64,000 bases of DNA from the human T2T-CHM13v2.0 reference genome, Homo sapiens. This document shows positions 15,550 through 36,321 of the stretch, piece after piece. Positions within the stretch are counted from its first letter, which is position 1. Each line of letters starts with the position of its first letter. The notes beneath the pieces were generated by a model. It was not told the origin of the DNA. It made no database searches and saw only the letters and a program-made list of their open reading frames with translations. The stretch is taken from assembly GCF_009914755.1 (NCBI RefSeq), contig NC_060934.1; one strand, written 5' to 3'. Position numbers and translations under genes: made by a program.

Positions 15550-15960
15550 AGCTTTTTATTTAGAAATAATTTTAGAGTTACAGGAAAATTGCAAATAAAG
15601 TACAGAGAGTTTTCACCAATACAGTATGTACATTTTAGAGACCCCCCTTAGCACGATAATGAAAACTAAGAGATGAACAGTGCAGTATCATTGAATGAAT
15701 GGCAGCCTTTATCAGATTCCAGCGCTTTTCACGCTGTGATCCTGTTTCTCTTCCAGGATCCCACCTTGCACACAGCCCTCATGTCTCCTCAGTCTTCTCC
15801 AGTCTGTAACAGTCCTCATTTTGCCCCTTTTCTTTCATGCCCTCGAGACTTAGAAGGATGCTGCCAGTTACTAGGCAGAATGTCTCAGTCTGGGTGGGTC
15901 TGTAGTTTTCTCATGATGAGGTCACACACTTCTGGCAGGAGTGTCTGGAGCTGGTGTGCC
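15550..15960 (-). mobile_element. L1MC-like 3' end fragment
   Basis: 'tttagaaataattttagagttacaggaaaattgcaaata' and 'tgtttctcttccaggatccc' resemble the L1MC4-type 3' end. Confidence 0.55.
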
Positions 15961-16020
15961 CTTCTTGGTGCAGGACTGGGGAACCCGATGCAATATGGCT
16001 TGTTACTGTCTTTCCAACGA

Positions 16021-16141
16021 TCATTTCTGTCATAAACACTATAGGTCTCTATGTAAATTTAAGTGGCTGAGCAAAGGGCGAGGTGAAAGATGTTTTCCCT
16101 CTTTTGAGAGTGGAGCTGTGAGTACCTAAGAAGCACAAACA
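16021..16141 (+). repeat. Diverged inverted repeat, arm 1 (partner 26179-26294)
   Basis: Shares 'ttttccctcttttgagagt', 'gtgagtacct' and 'gcacaaaca' with the reverse complement of 26179-26294; about 75% identity by eye. Confidence 0.85.
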
Positions 16142-16589
16142 CTATCATCCACTATCCATTGGGTTCACAGGAGCCTCAGATTGGACCCAGCTCACCTGCC
16201 TGTAAATCTGGAACTCGCTGCATGGCACTCTCCTGAGACAGGTATCCAGGTTCTTCCTGAAGTGATGGGCAGTGGCCCTTGGTGGGGCAGTCCAGCTGGC
16301 CATCCCCAGGCAGGACCTTCTGTTCCGCTCCCACTGCCTCTCCAGTGCCTGGCACACAGAGGTGCTTGGTACGGATCTGTTGGACAAGTGAACGTCAGAA
16401 CACTCTTTGTGTTGAGCTGATCTCAGAGTCCCTCTAAATTCTACTCTTTGGGTCCATTTCTGTCCTCTGAATCACACACAAATACACACTCTTCTCAGTT
16501 GTAATTTTTCTTGTTAGACTTAGTTTTCTTTGCTACTAAATGAAGTTAAACTTTGTTTCCCTCAATTTGATAATCTTTGTTTTTTCCCA

Positions 16590-17340
<751 letters not shown>

Positions 17341-18067
17341 TGGGGAAGAGCATCCTTTGTCTCTGTAATTTCAATCAAGTGGGGTGGGCAGCAGGAGTGG
17401 CCTGCTGGCTGAGATTCCCAAAGCACATGAGAGCTTGACCAGAAGTCATGGTGTAACTGATCCTAGAAATAACCCCACCCAGAGCTGACCTGTAACAGTC
17501 AAGGGGACCTCTGGGTCCTCAGCTTCTAATAGGCCCTGTCTGGCACCAGTATTCCATGACAGAGGTCCCAGACCCTAGACACCTGGAACTGGGTGCAAGT
17601 TGGATCCCTCAGTACCCAAGAGGCCTCGTCCGCCATACGCTCTGCAGACGGGCCCCTGTCCCAGCCCTTCCTGTGCGGCAGTCCAGCTGCAAGATCCCCC
17701 AAAGTGCTCTTCCATCTTCTGTAGTTCAGGTCCTTCTGAGGATGACCTGCTCGTGGCACAAATGCTTCAGCCCTCCAGAGATTTTGCCTCTGTCCACAGT
17801 TCCTGGGGCCCTGTGCAAACAAAGCAGCCAAACCTTAGAGATGGCACAGGGAGTCTGAGCCAGGGGATGAGGAGGGGAGAGCAACCAGGAACCAGAGAGG
17901 ATGATGATCCAGAAGGAATCCTTTGGAAAAATGGGATGTGAGTGTTTTTGTTTTAAATTTTCTCATCAATATTATTTTATTGTGCCCTTAACATTAGATG
18001 CTTTAAGTTGTCTATGACACAATGATACCATCATGTAGTTAATGCACACCACAGAAAAAACTCTGTT

Positions 18068-18292
18068 TCAGGTCTCAGATATAATTGCCTGCAGGTGCCC
18101 GGCAATAACACACACTTAGGGAAGCAGGCAGGGCTTCCTCCACAAGGACAGTGATGACTGCACCCGAGTTGAATGGCTGCATGGGAGGGCTGGCCCAGTG
18201 TGCTCCTGCCAGGTACTGAAAAGCACATTGATTTCAAGCCAAACACACCTGCAGGCCTGATGCGGCCCCAGGGCGGTTGGTTTGCTTCCTGT
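18068..18292 (+). mobile_element. MER102-like hAT-Charlie non-autonomous DNA transposon
   Basis: Ends 'caggtctcagatataattgcctgcaggtgcccggca' and 'ccaaacacacctgcaggcctgatgcggccccagggcggttggtttgc' resemble MER102 as recalled. Confidence 0.6.
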
Positions 18293-18885
18293 GTTCTATG
18301 CCATCTAAATGTGGAGCTCTTTATTGAACAAGATAGAGTAAAATCCAAGTCAATACCCTCTGACGGCCTCATCTCAAACTAATGGCTATGGCTTAAATTA
18401 ATGGCTTGATTTAAAGTTGACTCAGCTCAGAGTCCTGTCAGCAATAAGCCACAGGTGGGATGACATCAACAGAGATTTTGAAGAAGGGGCCATGTGACAA
18501 GATTTGTTTGTAGGAGATTCCCAGGTAGCATGCTCAGGTCTTTCCAGCCAAGGAGATGCCCTAAGGGGTTGTGCTATAGTCCAGGTAAAAGGTGCTAAAG
18601 GTGTGATCCAGAGAGGCAGCTGGGGAGGTGGACAGCAGAGGCCTGAGGCACCCCCAAGCCATGGCCTTCAGAATTAACCCTTTTGCGTATTCCCCAGGAA
18701 TTCTGAAAATGATGCACATTTTAAAGATAACATTTTAATTATTTTATCTTATATTTTATAATTACAAGGGATGTAATTCACATATGTATTAGTCATTTAA
18801 AGTAAACATATTATAACACTCTTTAAAAACTGTATGTAATAGAATTTAAGTATCTTGCAATTTGATAGTCATCATCACCTATTTA

Positions 18886-19345
<460 letters not shown>

Positions 19346-19600
19346 TTAACTCTTTAATAGCTGGAAAATTAACACTGTTCCTTTTCCTCCTTACATTGTA
19401 TTTCCATTTCCCACTTCCGTCTTTGAATTTTATCCTAATATATTTTTTAATGGCTGAAAGTCTTTTATTGATATATTTATCAAACTTCCCTGTGGCAAAA
19501 ATATGTATATGGCAAAAATAAGTATATAAATAAAAATAGATTTTTCAAAGTAGTTCATGCGATTACAAGGCTCTTACAAGTGTTAAGAATATTTATTGTT

Positions 19601-25738
<6,138 letters not shown>

Positions 25739-26178
25739 AAGAATGTTTATTGTTAGTTGAATTATTATAATATTATTAGTATTCAATTGATGAAAATACC
25801 ATGAAAATATTATAAATTTGGAGAAAGTATATAAAAGTAAAAATTTTATGGTAAATTTATTTATTTAGTATTAAAGGAGATATATGGGACATTTTAATAA
25901 ATTAGTTCATGCATAGAGAGATGAATATTACTTATTTTCAGTTTCTATAAATCTAAGCCTGAGAACCTTTACTCTTTTATGTAAGTAGATGAGAATGGAG
26001 TTTTGTTTTGTCAGTACTTTGAACTCTTTCCTAGGTATTTGCCAAAAATCAAATCATAATCTATCATCAAATATTATTTTCAGTGATTTGTCAGCTGACA
26101 AATTCACTAGGTTTTCCTTCAATTTTGTTGAAAGCAAAGAATTGGAAACCAAGCGGCATGACAGTGAGTCTTGAGAGC

Positions 26179-26294
26179 TGTTTGTGCCTCTAAGGTACTC
26201 ACGTGCCTACTCTCAAAAGAGGGAAAATGTCTCTCTCCTCTTTGCTTAGCCTCCAAATTTACAAAGAGGCCTATAGAGTTTACTGTGGAAATGA
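26179..26294 (-). repeat. Diverged inverted repeat, arm 2 (partner 16021-16141)
   Basis: Reverse complement aligns to 16021-16141. Confidence 0.85.
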
Positions 26295-27467
26295 CTGTTA
26301 TGACAGAAAGATAGAAGAGCTTTTTTGCTTGAACCAGGGAAATATTCTCCAAATCTAATGTCCAAAATGGATGATTCTTATAGCACACATGGCCACCAGC
26401 TGAGGTTGTCCAATCCAGTGGGTACGATGGTTTCAGGAAATTGGGAGAACAAAATCACTGTCGAGCTTTTAGGAGTTTAGAGGGAGTTAGCAGAATATTG
26501 TAAACTTGTATATTTTGCAAGGTGCTCCAAAAAGGCTGAGATGTTGTTGATCTTTTGATTAATTTCAAGCTCCAAAATGTACCTGCGGTGTCTCTAGCAT
26601 CCTTTACAATGCCTGAGTGAGAGGGCTTAAGTCACAAGCTCTATCCACTAGACAAGTGTATGCAATATTCTTGTTTGTAGCACCAGGATTTTGAGTAAAA
26701 TAGCCTTCTTCTTGGATGTCCTCACATTTGTTACCAGAATGCAAGACGAGAAGCTAAGAAGGAACTGGGTTGGACCCAGCAGAACTGAAATGATTTGCAG
26801 CCTCTACTCCTCTGATGACACTTTAATGTGACCTTGCATTCTTTGGCTTTCAGGCTTTTTCTCCTCCAACCCCAACTCTTGGGAAATTAACCTCTCTGAA
26901 GGCAAAGATACACATCTCATAAAGTTCTTTGGCACCCCAGCCATGTGGCTATAGATGAGGAGACTTTCAGTACCATGAGATCCAATGTCAATAATTTCAT
27001 CCACTCATTCTTGCTGCACCTGCTTTGCTAAGCAATGTCCTGGGTGGTTTGAAGCCCAGAAAACTGAATCACACATGGAGTGAGACTCTGAGGAGCTAAA
27101 ATAAGTTGGTTTTATACATCATAAACCCAAGTGAAGAACCAAAGAAATGAACAATGTAGAAGGAGGCAATTGACAAAGATGAAAGTTAGAATTAATGACA
27201 TTAAAATAGTAGCAGTAATAAATAAAACCAAAAACAGTTTTTACGGAAGACAAATTAAATATACAAAAGCTGATTCTTTCAAAAGACCAATTAAATTTAC
27301 AAATACCCAACAAGCTTGATTAAGGAAAAGGAGAGAAAGCAAAACTAACTACAGATATAACAGAGATATTAAAAATTATAAGTAGTATAACATGTAACTC
27401 AATGACATCAAATATGAACAGAAATTATATAAGAAATAGATGATTTTCTAGGAAAAATGTAAACCAC

Positions 27468-27832
27468 TGCTATGGTCTGAATGTTTGTGTCCCCTCCCAA
27501 ATTCATACATTGAAGTCCTAACCCCAAGGTGATGGTATTTGAAGGTGAGCTCTTTAGGGGATGACTAGGTCATGGGAGTGGAGCTCTCATGAATGGGGTT
27601 AGTGCCCTTACAGAAGAGGCCCAAGAGAGACGCCTTACCCCATTCATCATGTGAGGACACAGCAAAAAAGTGCTGTCTACAAACCAGAAGGCAGGCTTTC
27701 ACCAGACACCAAATCTGCTGCTTCCTTGATCTTGGACTTCCCAGCCTCCAGAGCTGTGAGAAACAAATTCCTGTTGTTTATAAGCTACCCACTTAATGAG
27801 ATTTTGACAAAGCAGTCTGAATAGACTAAGAT
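27468..27832 (+). mobile_element. MLT1A/MLT1A0 solo LTR
   Basis: 'tgctatggtctgaatgtttgtgtcccc...ttggacttcccagcctccagagctgtgagaaa...gactaagata'. Confidence 0.85.
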
Positions 27833-27938
27833 AATCACCAAAATTAACCTAAGAAGGAGGAGAATACTAAACAGATCTGTCACAAGTGACAGAAGAGGTG
27901 AGAAAAGTACTTAGATAGCTTTAATTAAAAACAATTCG

Positions 27939-28235
<297 letters not shown>

Positions 28236-31200
28236 TCAAATAGATTTTGAGAGGAGCTAATTATAGTATGTCATTTCTGTTTTAAGCTGTTTTAGATCAT
28301 AGAAAAAGTTACAAAGTTCCACAATTTGTTTTATAAGGCTACTGCAACCATAATTCCAAACCTATAACAAGACCATTTTCACTTACAACTATAGATAAAA
28401 ATTCTAAATAATTAACTATACTTATCTAGCAGCATATTTATAGACTGATACAAAGTAATCTGGTAGAATATTAAAAATGGAATAATTACCACCTGGAGAG
28501 GAGGAAGAAGATACTGAAAAAGTACTCCAAGAAATAATGGTTGAAAACTTCCAAAATTTGGTGAAGTCCAGAAACCTACAAAACTCCAGAAGTTGAGTGA
28601 ACCCCAAACAGGATAAACCCAAAGAGATCCACACCAAGGCACACCCCAGTCAAACTTCTGAAAACTAAAGACAGAAAAGTCTTGAAAGCAACAAGAGAGA
28701 AAAACACCTCCTTACCCACAGGGAAAAACAGTTCAAATGACAATAGATTAATCAAGATCAAACCTCCAACACTAGAAAGAAGTGGCATAACAAGTGCTGA
28801 AAAAGAGAACTGTCAACCCAGAATCTTATATTCAGTGAAAATATCCTTCACGAATGAAGGGAAAATCAAAACATTAAAGATGAAGGAAAGCTAAGATAAT
28901 TTGTTGCCAGCAGACCTACCCTAAAAGATTGGCTATAGGAAGTTCTCTAAACAGGAAATGATAAGAAAAATCTGAGAACATCAGGAAGAAAGCAAGAACA
29001 GGATGAACAAAAATATGGTTAAGCCCAATAGTCTTTTCTTCTCCTAAGTTTTCTAGTTTGTTTGACAACTAAAACAAAAATTATAACTCTAATATAGTTC
29101 TACCAGCATGTGAAGAGGATGTCAGTGGGGATGGTGGAGCAAGGATCTCAAACCCCTCTCCTCCTCTTTATAAAACTAGCAATAATACTGCTAAGAATTG
29201 TGAAAATTAACTTTTTCAGAACTCTGGAAACTAACAAAGCTTGTCACAATCTGGAAAGCACTTACTCAAGAAAAACACTAAGTTGTGGTAAGAATAGCAA
29301 GCTTTGTAACATTTTAACGAGCCCTATTTCTGTCTTCCCTGTACAGCTTGGCAGTAGCCTTGGAAGCCAACAGCCCACAGCAGAGGTAAAAGACAGCAGC
29401 CCAGCAGCCAGTGGAGGGGCCAGAATGGGGCTGCAGCTTCTCCAAAGACCCATTCCCAGAGAACTGCCATTGTTTGACCTGCTAGTCATTCCCCACTCAT
29501 AAGAGTTGTCTTTATTTGGTCTGACTCAGAGCTTGCCCAGTGCAAATAACCTTTTCCTCAGTGACATTTGTCAAAAACAATCAGTGGTGATGGTTTAGCA
29601 TCACTGCTGCCTGAGGTGATGATAATAGTTGGGGCAAATGACAAGCTGACCATAAAAACCCAAAGGGAAAAGCTAGAGACTGAGATGTCCAAAGGAGGCT
29701 TTGAAAAACTCTGACACATCCTAGGAACCTGGAAGGCCACTTGCATGAACAGGGTTGTGCAAATGCCCAGGGCCGTGCATGTGTTCAGGAAAGAGCTGAG
29801 AAGCTCTAAGTTCTCACTTCTGGCTGATATTGAGGTCCTGAAGAGCAAAAAGGAGAGCCTAAGGCAGAGCTGTCAACTACTTGGCTGAGTGTAGAAGGCA
29901 TTTCCCAAAACGTACTCACAATCCCTTGGCAACGACTGGGAGACTTACTGGCTTCAGACAGTTAAGAAAATCTATGCACAATTGTGAGCTGCCCACTGAG
30001 CTAACTGAGCAGTGACTTCTGCGGTCATTTATGACAAAAAGGCAGAGTCTACAATATTAATTCAGGAAAGTCACTAAAACAAACAAACAGCAGCAGCAAG
30101 AACAACAATAAGTGGCAACAAAAAGAAATCCCAGGGAGTGGAGAGAACCTGAATTTCAGAGCAGCCACATTACATCATTTGAAATGTCCAGTTTCAACAT
30201 TCAAAGAAACAAGAAAATATGGTCCGTGTACAGGGGTACAAAGCAGTCAACAGAAACTGTCCTTGAGGAAGTCTATACATTGTCCTTACTAAATAATACC
30301 GAAGCTATTTTAAATATAAAGAACTAAGGAAACCATATCTAAAGAACTAAAGGAAAGTATGAGAATAATGTTTCATCAAATAGAGAATATCAACAAGAGA
30401 TAGAATTATACAAAAAAACAATAGAAATTCTAGCGATGAAAATAATAACTCAATTGAAAAAAGTTCACTAGAGAGGCTGAATGGGATATTTGGGCTGGTA
30501 AAAGAATCAGTGAAGTTAAAGGTAGGTCAATTGAAAATATACAGTCTAAGGAATAGAAAGAAAAAAGAATAAAGAAAAAGAAACAGAGCCTAAGAGATCT
30601 GTGGGACACGATCAAGCATACACAATATGTATAATGAGAGTCCCGGAAGGAGATGAGGGAAAGGGGTGGTAAAAATACATGAAGAAATAAGGGCTAAACC
30701 CCCACAAATTTGATGAAAAACTTTCATCTCTACATGCAAGAAGCTCAGTGATCTCCAAGTACAATAAACGCAGAGATTCACACCTCCGCACCTCATAAAC
30801 AAACTGGCAAAAACAAAGACAAAGAGAGAATCTTGAAAGCAGCAAGAGAGAAGTGATTTATCACTACCTGTGATCCTCAATGAGATTAACGGTTAATTTT
30901 TTAAAAATCAGAAATGGGGAACAGAAGGCAGTGGGATGACGTATTCAAAATGCTGAAGGAAAAACACGTCAACTGCCCATGCGGGGCGGCGCCCGCCTGG
31001 AGGGTGGGGATGCGGGGCGCGGAGGGGCCATGCGCCTGGGTCTGCACCTGCCTCGTTCTGCGCCCCGCGTGTGCACGCGAGATGGTGAACCTGGCGGGCA
31101 CCGTGTGCCCTGGCTTCTGCAGAAGAGGAGGAGAGGGCAGTGAGAGATAGGAATCTCCTCCAGGTTGAAGACCACGATCAGCCCATCCCTTGGAAAGTGC

Positions 31201-32674
31201 AGTTTAACCTGGGCTATAGCAGTCGCCTGAGCAGCCACTGCCTCAACTCCAGTCAAAGGAAGCACGTCCTCACGGGTGAACTAGGCTGCGTTTGGGAGAG
31301 AAAGTATTTGCAGGCGCATGGCTGCGGTCAAGTCAACGTCCCTAGCATAAAGCAACACTGCCGCAAAGGCTGCTGGCCCGACGGCTGCTGCAGCGCCTCC
31401 TGGACTGCATCTCCCGCCGCCTGCAGCCCAGACACAATTTCTCCCGGAGCGCTTCTAACCGCGCAGCGGTGGCGTTCCAGAGACTCTTCATGGCCCTTGC
31501 TCTCGAGGATCCCTTGGAGTCGTGCCTGGCCGAATGCAGAGCCTCATTCCAGAGCTTGCAGCATGAGAACACCTACCGGGACCCCTAGCAAAGTACTGCC
31601 GTGGAGTCAGCCCCGGAGCTCTTTGCCTCTGGATGGGCAGCGGACTTGCCCCAGCTTGGGTGGGGAGGCCCCGCGAAGAACTCGCCTCGTGAGGTCCGGC
31701 TGCAGGGCTCAGGCCAGGCAGTGGGAAGAAGACAAAGGCAGCGCGAGGAAACCTTGGCTTTGACCACTTTTCGTTTGTCATCTTGGCTTAGCTCAGCACC
31801 GGGCTTACCAGATGGAACAGTCTTCTGTAAAGCAGCTTGGACCCTCTGGCCATTCCCATTGGGGAAAGATGAAACCACAGGCCGGTGGGGGTGGTGCGTT
31901 CTTGGACGACTCAAACCTGGGATCTGCACAGGGACCTGTGACTTGTGTTCGTCGGGAGCCGGTGTCACTTCCAGTTTTGATCCAGGCCCTTTCACTGTAC
32001 AATTATTTATTGGATTCCTTTGGAGTAGTGGGAAAATTGTAATGTTTTATGTAGAAAAATGCTTTGCCCTTCTAGCGACCGTGTTCAAGGAAATGATTAT
32101 AGTTGTTGTTCTTGTGTTCTTGAGTTTCACGAGTTAAATCATCCTTTCACCCAGATAATATGTTTTGTCATTTAGGATGTAGATGTTCTCTTTAGGCAGT
32201 TATTTTTGTTTTTATTTAGACAATATCAAGAGTAGGCCCTGAACACAACCTGTTAACCATATCCCAATGTCTAAAATTATCTAAAAACTCAGGCATTCTT
32301 CCATTCTTATCTAACTGAAAGCTTTCCAGCAGTTGGCACCAAGTGCGCACCCTCAGGTTCTATTCTAGTGGTGGTTGAATGTGCTCATATACCCCGTGTG
32401 AGAGCACCGTTTTAGCCCGAAATCACACTTCTCATCCTGGAGGAATTTGTTTGCATTTCTTTTGCCACTTAAAATTAGCTGTGGTCTGCTCAGCCAGGGG
32501 ACAATGGAGCTTCAGGAAGGTCTGAGGCAACCTCCTCCCTGGTTCTGTCAATAGAAACCCAATGTTAAGGCAATTCCTAAACAGAGATGCACCTAGCAAC
32601 TTGCTGTATGTGTTCATTCTTTATTGCTTTCAGCTTCAGGGGGTGTAACAAGTATAAATGTTTGGTTTCCTTAT

Positions 32675-32929
32675 GAGGAAGAAGAGGAAGAAGAAGAAGG
32701 AGAAGGAGAAGAAGGGGAGAAGGAAGAAGAAGAAGAAGAAGGAGAAGGAGAAGAAGGGGAGGAGGAAGAAGAAGAAGAAAAGAGAAGAGAAGAAGAAGAA
32801 GATGAAGAAGAAGGGGAAGAAGAAGAAGAAGGAGAAGGAGAAGAGGAAGAAGAAGAAGAAGAAGAAGAAGGAAGAAGAAGAAGAAGAAGAAGAAGAAGAA
32901 GAAGAAGAAGAAGAAGAAGAAGAAGAAGA
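32675..32929 (+). repeat. GAA/GGA-rich homopurine tract ending in (GAA)8-G-(GAA)19
   Basis: 255 nt with a single pyrimidine; pure (GAA)19 at 32871-32927. Confidence 0.98.
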
Positions 32930-33014
32930 CAGGCGAGGGGGAAGACCCAACTTTCTATCAAAGTTCTGTAAGAGATTTCTTCTTACAGACTGGAAGGTTT
33001 CTTCTTTTTTCTAA

Positions 33015-33267
<253 letters not shown>

Positions 33268-34478
33268 CGAGATTCTTACATCTACCTCCAGTGGGAGATG
33301 AGGAAGATCATTATGGCTTAGACAATGCTGCACAGGTAGGTTGCTGGTATGTCCTGAATCCATGTGCATAAAGCACTTCCCATTTTTCTACTGCAATGCA
33401 GACTCTTCAGCTCAAGGCCTAGAGTATTTGATCCTAAGATCAAGACATTATGCCCCTTGAATAGCAGTGCTCTTTGATTTCATGTGTAACATTAACACAC
33501 AGCCCTCCTATATTCCTTCACTAACTTCAGGATTGAGCAAGGTCTTTTAAATTTTTTTGGTTCAAATTATTGACCTGGGAGCAGGGTGCTAGATCTATGG
33601 TCAGCATTCAACATTTTTTTTTCAGTGGAGGTTTTTCTTTGGGCTATATTTGCCTTCCAGTATGTTTCTGCAATATGTAGTGGTAATTTTCCTTACCTTC
33701 CTCCAACTGCCTCTTATACTCATCTTTCGAAAATAATTTGCCCCCCTTAAACAGATTTTCTTAGAGGGTAGGTTGTCAGGCAATTAAAAAATATTAGATC
33801 CCAAGAAATCTATTCTGTTTGCATTGGATTTTTTTCAGATTCTGTGTGTTCGCAACAGTACTAAATCAAACTCTGATGTGGGGGAAAAAAGTATGTCAAC
33901 CAAAAATTTTATATACAGCAAAATCATTCTTCAAAAACAGAGATGAAATTAAGACATTCTCAGGTAAATTTAAGAGATGAAGTTTGTCATTAGTAGACCT
34001 GCCCCCCCACAATGCTAAAGGGAGTCCTTCAGGATAAAATGAAAGGACACTAGGTAGTAGGTCAAATCCACACGAAGAAATACAAGCACCTCATAGGTAA
34101 ATATAAAATATGGTATAATGTTTTTTCTTTTTTTTCTCATTTCTGATTTAAAAGTCAATGCAATAAAGTAATAATTATAACACAGTGTTAATGGGTGTAC
34201 AAAAAGATGTAATTTCTATGATGACAATTGCACAAAGAAAGAAATGAAGAGAATGGAGCTATATAGAAGCAAAAGTTTTTATATACCATTAAAATTAAGT
34301 TGATATTAACTTGGACTAGATTGTTAGAATGAAGTATAATCCCCATAGCAATCACTAAGAAAAATAACTCAAAAACAATCTTAAGGAAACAAGGGAATTA
34401 AAATGGTACATTAGAAAATATCTATTTAACATAAAAGATGGAGAGACAAACTTTACATGTTTGTAGATGAAATAATGA

Positions 34479-34862
34479 TGTAACAGAGCTTGATCCAGTT
34501 TTTTGATGTTTGATGGTTGACAGCTTTGAAGCCTCATCCTTCCTCCTTCTGTTTCTGCTTCACATCTGGGCAAACTGATAAGAAAGCCTGGGTTCTCCCT
34601 CCTTCAGCCAGGGGAGGTTTACCACATGTAGGAACCTACACTGAGGCCCTACTCGCTAACAACCATAAATACCCCAAGCTTTTCTCTGCTCTCTCAAGCC
34701 ATTTTTGGCACTGCTTGTGAGCCGCGGTGCTCTTTTCAGAAAGCCTCATTATGTGAGTCACGAACCGTTCCATTTTCTCTTGGGGTCAATATAGTATCAT
34801 TAGTCTTGACATCTAAATCAAATTTTGGAAGGGATTCATCCTATGCAGGGTGAACATAAACA
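34479..34862 (+). mobile_element. ERV solo LTR (LTR47/MER77-like; family uncertain)
   Basis: TG...CA termini; 'cacatctgggcaaactgataagaaagcctggg'; interrupts L1M sequence. Confidence 0.6.
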
Positions 34863-35133
34863 ACTCAAGACAATTATAAATGGAGGGGGGTAAATTGACT
34901 TATAAAAAATAGATGCTTATACTTCACTTGAACTGATGAAATAATGACATCATTAGAGTGTGATATTTTGTATATATGGTATAATACTACAGCAGCCATA
35001 TACACAAAAGCTACTCAAAGAGCTGCACATTCAAAAACAGTATAAAGCAAAATAGAATTCTGAAAGTTCAAGTAACCCACAGCAAAGCAAGTAAAAGAAA
35101 ACAGAGAAATAAAAAACAAAACAAAATATTCAA

Positions 35134-36321
35134 GTCCTTTTTGATCCTGAAGTCAATTAGGTGCCGCTGTTGCTGCTCATATTGACTCTGGAACCGTAGC
35201 CAGACATGGGACTGGAGGATGAGCAAAAGATGCTGAGCAGGTCCTGAGATCCTAAGGAGGAGGAAGAGGAAGAGGAGGAATGAGTGAATCCCCTAACAAC
35301 CGTGAGATAGCAATGTGAGCAGTTGGAGAAATGTGTAAAGGCCTGGAAGCAGCTAGAGCTCTGTGACAAGCGTGTTATCCTCTCGATCACATACAGAAGA
35401 GGATTGCAAGAGGAGCTCTTTGACTTCTTGCATGCAAGGGACCATTGCTTTGCCCACAAACTCCTTAACAACTTGAAATAAATGTGAGGACTTATTCACC
35501 CCAGCCTTCATCACCTGGGCATCAGGATATTTCTTTATGGTTTTGAATATGCCATTTGTTTCTTTTTTTTTTCTTTTTTAAAATTGTCATTATACTTTAA
35601 GTTTTAGGGTACATGTGCACAACATGCAGGTTTGTTACATATGTATACATGTGCCACGTTGGTGTGCTGCACCCATCAACTCATCATTTAGCATTAGGTG
35701 TTTCTCCCAGTGCTATCCCTCCCCCCTCCCCCCACCCCACAACAGTCCCCGGTGTGTGATGTTCCCCTTCCTGTGTCCATGTGTTCTCATTGTTCAATTC
35801 CCACCTATGAGTGAGAACATGCAGTGTTTGGTTTTTTGTCCTTGCGATAGTTTGCTGAGAATGATGGTTTCCAGCTTCATCCATGTCCCTACAAAGGACA
35901 TGAACTCATCATTTTTTATGGCTGCATAGTATTCCATGGTGTATATGTGCCACATTTTCTTAATCCAGTCTATCACTGTTGGACATTTGGTGCTGGAGAG
36001 GATGTGGAGAAATAGGAACACTTTTACACTGTTGGTGGGACTGTAAACTAGGTCAACCATTGTGGAAGTCGGTGTGGTGATTCCTCAGGGATCTAGAACT
36101 AGAAATACCATTTGACCCAGCCATCCCATTACTGGGTATATACCCAAAGGATTGTAAATCAGACTGCTATAAAGATACACGCACACATATGTTTATTGCC
36201 ATTTGTTTCTTATTTGTATAACTAAGTTCATATGAACCTCATAGATTTTGGCTTAGGCTAGTAGCTTCTAGGTAATTTGCAGTGATTCCATCTTAATAAA
36301 GTTCTGTGATCTGCAAAAAAA
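35134..36321 (+). pseudogene. UQCRH: Processed pseudogene of UQCRH (complex III hinge protein); CDS-equivalent 35206-35481, 3'UTR split by an L1
   Basis: MGLEDEQKML.. [28 protein letters not shown]...[21 protein letters not shown]. Stops at 35245 and 35281, compensating +1/-1 indels, AATAAA at 36295-36300 and an A tail. Possibly UQCRHP3 (recall only). Symbol given is the parent gene. Confidence 0.97.
35565..36196 (-). mobile_element. 5'-truncated, 5'-inverted L1PA (PA3/PA4-like) with 15-bp TSD
   Basis: TSD tgccatttgtttctt at 35550-35564 and 36197-36211; antisense 3' end 35565-35990 joined to a sense ORF2 piece 35989-36196. Confidence 0.95.

Noticed and set aside
31140-31763. 207-aa ORF as an intact SPRING1 paralogue
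   Set aside because: Starts at GTG, lacks the anchor, loses several cysteines and shifts frame after GCCSA.
32624-33014. Poly-E/K/R/S/F/L ORFs
   Set aside because: Translations of the GAA tract.
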